Of a DNA stretch of 33,607 nucleotides, positions 30,599-33,607 are shown piece after piece. A program made the position numbers and the translations under genes. Under the pieces are notes generated by a model. The model worked only from the letters and a program-made list of their open reading frames with translations, searched no databases and was not told where the DNA came from. Positions within the stretch are counted from its first letter, which is position 1; each line of letters opens with the position of its first letter. Origin of the DNA: an uncultured Eubacteriales bacterium (GTDB taxonomy: Bacteria > Bacillota > Sulfobacillia > Fermentithermobacillales > Fermentithermobacillaceae); assembly GCA_964646835.1 (NCBI GenBank), contig CAZYFG010000001.1:1-33607 (forward strand), written 5' to 3'.

Positions 30599-31025
30599 CC
30601 TTAGTCCGAACCCGGGCTCAGTCAGAAAGGCCAAGAGGAAGGGCCAGGGCATTGGCTCGGGCAACGGCAAGACCGCCGGCAGGGGTCATAAGGGCCAGAA
30701 GGCAAGGTCCGGCGGGACCAAGGGGCCGGGGTTTGAGGGCGGACAGATGAGGCTCACCATGAGGCTCCCTAAGCGGGGTTTCCACAACATTTTCGGTGTG
30801 GAATATGACCTCGTGAATGTGGGCGACCTGGATAGGTTCGAGTCCGAAGCCCAAGTCGGTCCCGAGGAACTGAAACAAGCCGGTTTGATGAGAAGGAATT
30901 CGGGACGTCTCAAGGTCCTGGGCGAGGGAGAGCTCACGAAGACCCTTACCGTCAAGGCCCACGCGTTTTCCAGATCAGCAAAGGAGAAAATCGAGGCCGC
31001 CGGCGGCAAGGCCGAGGTGATATAG
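30585..31025 (+). CDS. rplO: 50S ribosomal protein L15
   Basis: [44 protein letters not shown]. Overlaps rpsE by 14 nt. Confidence 0.98.
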   Translation: MELHDLSPNPGSVRKAKRKGQGIGSGNGKTAGRGHKGQKARSGGTKGPGFEGGQMRLTMRLPKRGFHNIFGVEYDLVNVGDLDRFESEAQVGPEELKQAGLMRRNSGRLKVLGEGELTKTLTVKAHAFSRSAKEKIEAAGGKAEVI

Positions 31026-32288
31026 ATGATCGCAACGCTCAGGAACGCATGGCAGATCCCGGACCTCCGTAAGAAGATCCTCATTACGGTTTCGCTGCTC
31101 GTGGCATTTCGAGCGGGGGTCGCGGTTCCTGTGCCGGGCATTGTCCCCGAAGTGATCCAGCAGCTTTTCAGCGCCGGAACTCTGTTCGCGTTCATGGACC
31201 TCTTCTCCGGAGGCGCCCTTTCCAATTACTCGGTCTTTGCCATGAGCATATATCCTTACATCAACGCCTCGATCATCATGCAGCTATTGCAGATGGTGAT
31301 CCCCAAATGGGAGGAAATGTCCAAAGACGAGGACGGGCGCAAGAAACTCCAGGGATACACGCGGTACGGCACCATCATCTTGGGGACCATTCAGGCGACC
31401 GGTATGACCGTGGCGATCAGGGCCAGGGGCGCGCTCGTGAGCAACTCGGTGTGGCTCTTGATCGAGGCAATACTCAGTCTGGTGGCGGGTACCGCTTTGC
31501 TCATGTGGCTCGGTGAGGTCATAACGGAGAAAGGTATCGGAAACGGGATCTCTCTCTTCATCTTCGCCGGTATCGTGACGGGCATTCCCAGGGAACTCGC
31601 GCAGATCTGGGGGCTTCTCCGTTCGGGTGAAGCCAAGTGGTACAATGGGGTCTTGCTCCTCCTGGTATCAGTCGTAACCATTCTCCTGGTCATATGGATA
31701 ACCGAGGGAGAGCGGAGGATCCCAGTCCAGTACTCCAAGCGAGTCGTAGGTCGCAAGATGATGGGGGGCTACGCGACAAACATTCCCCTGCGCATCAACC
31801 AGGCAGGCGTGATCCCGGTCATCTTCGCGTCATCGCTCCTCTCTTTCCCGGCGACTATAGCGTCCTTCGTCGATAAGCCGTGGGCCGCGAAACTGGGTGA
31901 GTTCTTCAGCTATACTCAGCCGTGGTATACTGCCATGTATGCCGTCTTGATATTCGGTTTCACGTTCTTCTATACCGGGATGGTTTTCAACCCATTGGAA
32001 GTCGCGGACAACATGCGGAAGTACGGCGGATTCGTTCCCGGCATGAGGCCCGGGAAACCCACGGCTGACCTCCTTTCCAGGATAGTGACCAGGATAACGG
32101 CCGTAGGAGCGCTGTTCCTCACGGGCGTCGCCGTCCTTCCCAACTTCATGATCCAGATCACAGGGCTTCCCGGTTTCCACGCGCTGGGCGGCACCGCTCT
32201 CATCATCGTGATCGGCGTGGCCCTTGAGACCATGAAACAGATAGAGACCCAGCTCGTAATGAGGAACTACCAGGGTTTCTTGAAATAA
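31026..32288 (+). CDS. secY: preprotein translocase subunit SecY
   Basis: 420 aa, 10-TM pattern. FAMSIYPYINASIIMQLL, ITEKGIGNGISLFIFAGIV, PLRINQAGVIPVIFASS. Confidence 0.98.
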   Translation: MIATLRNAWQIPDLRKKILITVSLLVAFRAGVAVPVPGIVPEVIQQLFSAGTLFAFMDLFSGGALSNYSVFAMSIYPYINASIIMQLLQMVIPKWEEMSKDEDGRKKLQGYTRYGTIILGTIQATGMTVAIRARGALVSNSVWLLIEAILSLVAGTALLMWLGEVITEKGIGNGISLFIFAGIVTGIPRELAQIWGLLRSGEAKWYNGVLLLLVSVVTILLVIWITEGERRIPVQYSKRVVGRKMMGGYATNIPLRINQAGVIPVIFASSLLSFPATIASFVDKPWAAKLGEFFSYTQPWYTAMYAVLIFGFTFFYTGMVFNPLEVADNMRKYGGFVPGMRPGKPTADLLSRIVTRITAVGALFLTGVAVLPNFMIQITGLPGFHALGGTALIIVIGVALETMKQIETQLVMRNYQGFLK

Positions 32289-32300
32289 GGAGATGTTGAC

Positions 32301-32960
32301 ATGAGGCTCTTGCTGTTGGGTGCGCCCGGTTCGGGCAAGGGGACTCAGGCCAAGCTCTTGGCTTCCGAGTTCGGCCTCATGCATGTCGCGCCCGGAGATA
32401 TCTTCCGGGCCGAAATCCGTGCCGGTACAGAACTGGGGCGCTTGGTGGAAGGAATTATGGCGCGAGGCGAGTTGGTGGACGATGCCACCACGATCCGCGT
32501 CATTGACACGAGGCTTTCATCGGAAGAGGCTAAGAATGGGTTTGTCTTGGACGGCTTTCCGAGAACCATTTCCCAGGCAGAGGCTTTGGACCGAATCCTC
32601 TCCGGCCGCGGCGAGTCTCTGGACCTGGCGGTGGCCCTCGAAGTTCCGGAAGAAGCCATTCTAAAGCGCGCGCTTTCGAGGAGAGTCTGCAGCGTGTGCG
32701 GCAAGCCGCACAACCTTGCCTTGCAGCCTCCGAAGGTTGCCGGCAAGTGTGACGACTGCGGCTGCGATCTCATAACGCGGAAGGACGACCGCGAGGAGAC
32801 CGTGAAGGAACGTCTGGCGGTCTACCGCGAGTTCACCGAACCGCTGGTGGCCTACTACGAAGGAAAGGGCATTTTGGAGGTCGCTTGTGGAGAAGGGGAA
32901 GTCGGCGAGGTTTTTGAGAGGGTCAAAGAGACTCTCAGGAAACGGAATCTGCTAAAGTAA
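32301..32960 (+). CDS. adk: adenylate kinase (Cys4 zinc lid)
   Basis: MRLLLLGAPGSGKGTQA, with lid CSVCGKPHN...CDDCGCDLITRKDD. Confidence 0.98.
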   Translation: MRLLLLGAPGSGKGTQAKLLASEFGLMHVAPGDIFRAEIRAGTELGRLVEGIMARGELVDDATTIRVIDTRLSSEEAKNGFVLDGFPRTISQAEALDRILSGRGESLDLAVALEVPEEAILKRALSRRVCSVCGKPHNLALQPPKVAGKCDDCGCDLITRKDDREETVKERLAVYREFTEPLVAYYEGKGILEVACGEGEVGEVFERVKETLRKRNLLK

Positions 32961-32971
32961 GAAGAGGTTTC

Positions 32972-33607
32972 ATGATCATTCTCAAGAACGAGAAGGAAAT
33001 CGAACTGATGGCAGGCGCAGGGAGAGTCGCAGGGCTCTGCCTGAAGATGCTTGGCACCAAAGTGAGGCCGGGGATCACCACGGCCGAGCTGGACCGGATG
33101 GCTGAGGAATTCATACGCGGGATGGGCGCTGTCCCAACCTTCAAGGGATACCACGGCTTTCCGGCGAGCATCTGCGCATCGGTGAACGATGTCGTGGTCC
33201 ACGGTACTCCCGACGGCACGCGGCTTAGGGAGGGAGACATCATCTCCATTGATGTCGGCGCCACCCTGAACGGTTTTGTGGGGGACACGGCGGCCACGTT
33301 CCCCGTGGGCAAGGTAAGTCCCCTTGCCGAGACGCTCATACGGGCGACTCGGGAGGCGCTTTACGCGGGTATCGGGGCTGCGGGTGAGGGTAGGACACTC
33401 GGCGACATAGGCTACGCTGTCCAGTCGGTGGCGAGCAGATACGGCTTCAGCGTGGTCCGCGACTACGCGGGGCACGGTGTGGGCAGGAACATGCACGAGG
33501 ACCCGTCCGTACCCAACTTCGGTGTCCCGGGTACCGGTCCGGTTCTCCGGCGGGGCATGGTCATGGCGATTGAGCCAATGGTGAACGTAGGCAGCTATGA
33601 AGTGGTC
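32972..33607 (+). CDS. map: type I methionine aminopeptidase (3' end beyond the window)
   Basis: ATG at 32972, open to the window end (212 codons). MIILKNEKEIELMAGAGRV...HGFPASICASVNDVVVHG...DIISIDVGA...DYAGHGVG...MAIEPMV. Absent from the ORF track because no stop lies in the window. Confidence 0.93.
   Translation, partial: MIILKNEKEIELMAGAGRVAGLCLKMLGTKVRPGITTAELDRMAEEFIRGMGAVPTFKGYHGFPASICASVNDVVVHGTPDGTRLREGDIISIDVGATLNGFVGDTAATFPVGKVSPLAETLIRATREALYAGIGAAGEGRTLGDIGYAVQSVASRYGFSVVRDYAGHGVGRNMHEDPSVPNFGVPGTGPVLRRGMVMAIEPMVNVGSYEVV

Overview
All credible genes lie on the + strand. The window is the conserved transcription/translation super-operon of a GC-rich, Bacillota-like bacterium; an L7Ae/YbxF-type gene sits between rpoC and rpsL, and CCA is encoded in all four tRNAs. 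Gene order is: partial unknown CDS, tRNA-Tyr, initiator tRNA-Met, tRNA-Thr, rpmG, tRNA-Trp, secE, nusG, rplK, rplA, L10 leader, rplJ, rplL, then asd, aspartokinase, dapA, then rpoB, rpoC, then a 0.5 kb repeat-rich spacer and an orphan NuoL/MrpA-like membrane protein. It continues with L7Ae, rpsL, rpsG, fusA, tuf, rpsJ, rplC, rplD, rplW, rplB, rpsS, rplV, rpsC, rplP, rpmC, rpsQ, rplN, rplX, rplE, rpsZ, rpsH, rplF, rplR, rpsE, rplO, secY, adk and map (3' truncated). I see no rRNA, CRISPR array, transposase/integrase, phage gene or recognisable defence gene. Six things do not fit the textbook locus. (1) rpoC is broken into three ORFs in frames 0/+1/0, with two short, highly conserved segments apparently missing. 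(2) rpoB carries a roughly 200-aa poly-acidic then basic C-terminal extension. (3) An asd-aspartokinase-dapA unit with its own terminator and promoter boundaries sits between rplL and rpoB. (4) The rpoC-L7Ae gap holds a 30-bp tandem repeat array followed by a strong promoter driving a lone, C-terminally short NuoL/MrpA-like gene that contains a 27-nt in-frame tandem repeat. (5) The RpoB rifampicin region and S12 position 88 carry residues that are classical resistance substitutions elsewhere. (6) rpmD is absent from its canonical slot. I cannot point to a clear new multi-gene system. The most unexplained stretch is 15.19-17.46 kb, and the most consequential anomaly is the rpoC disruption, which may be an assembly artefact.
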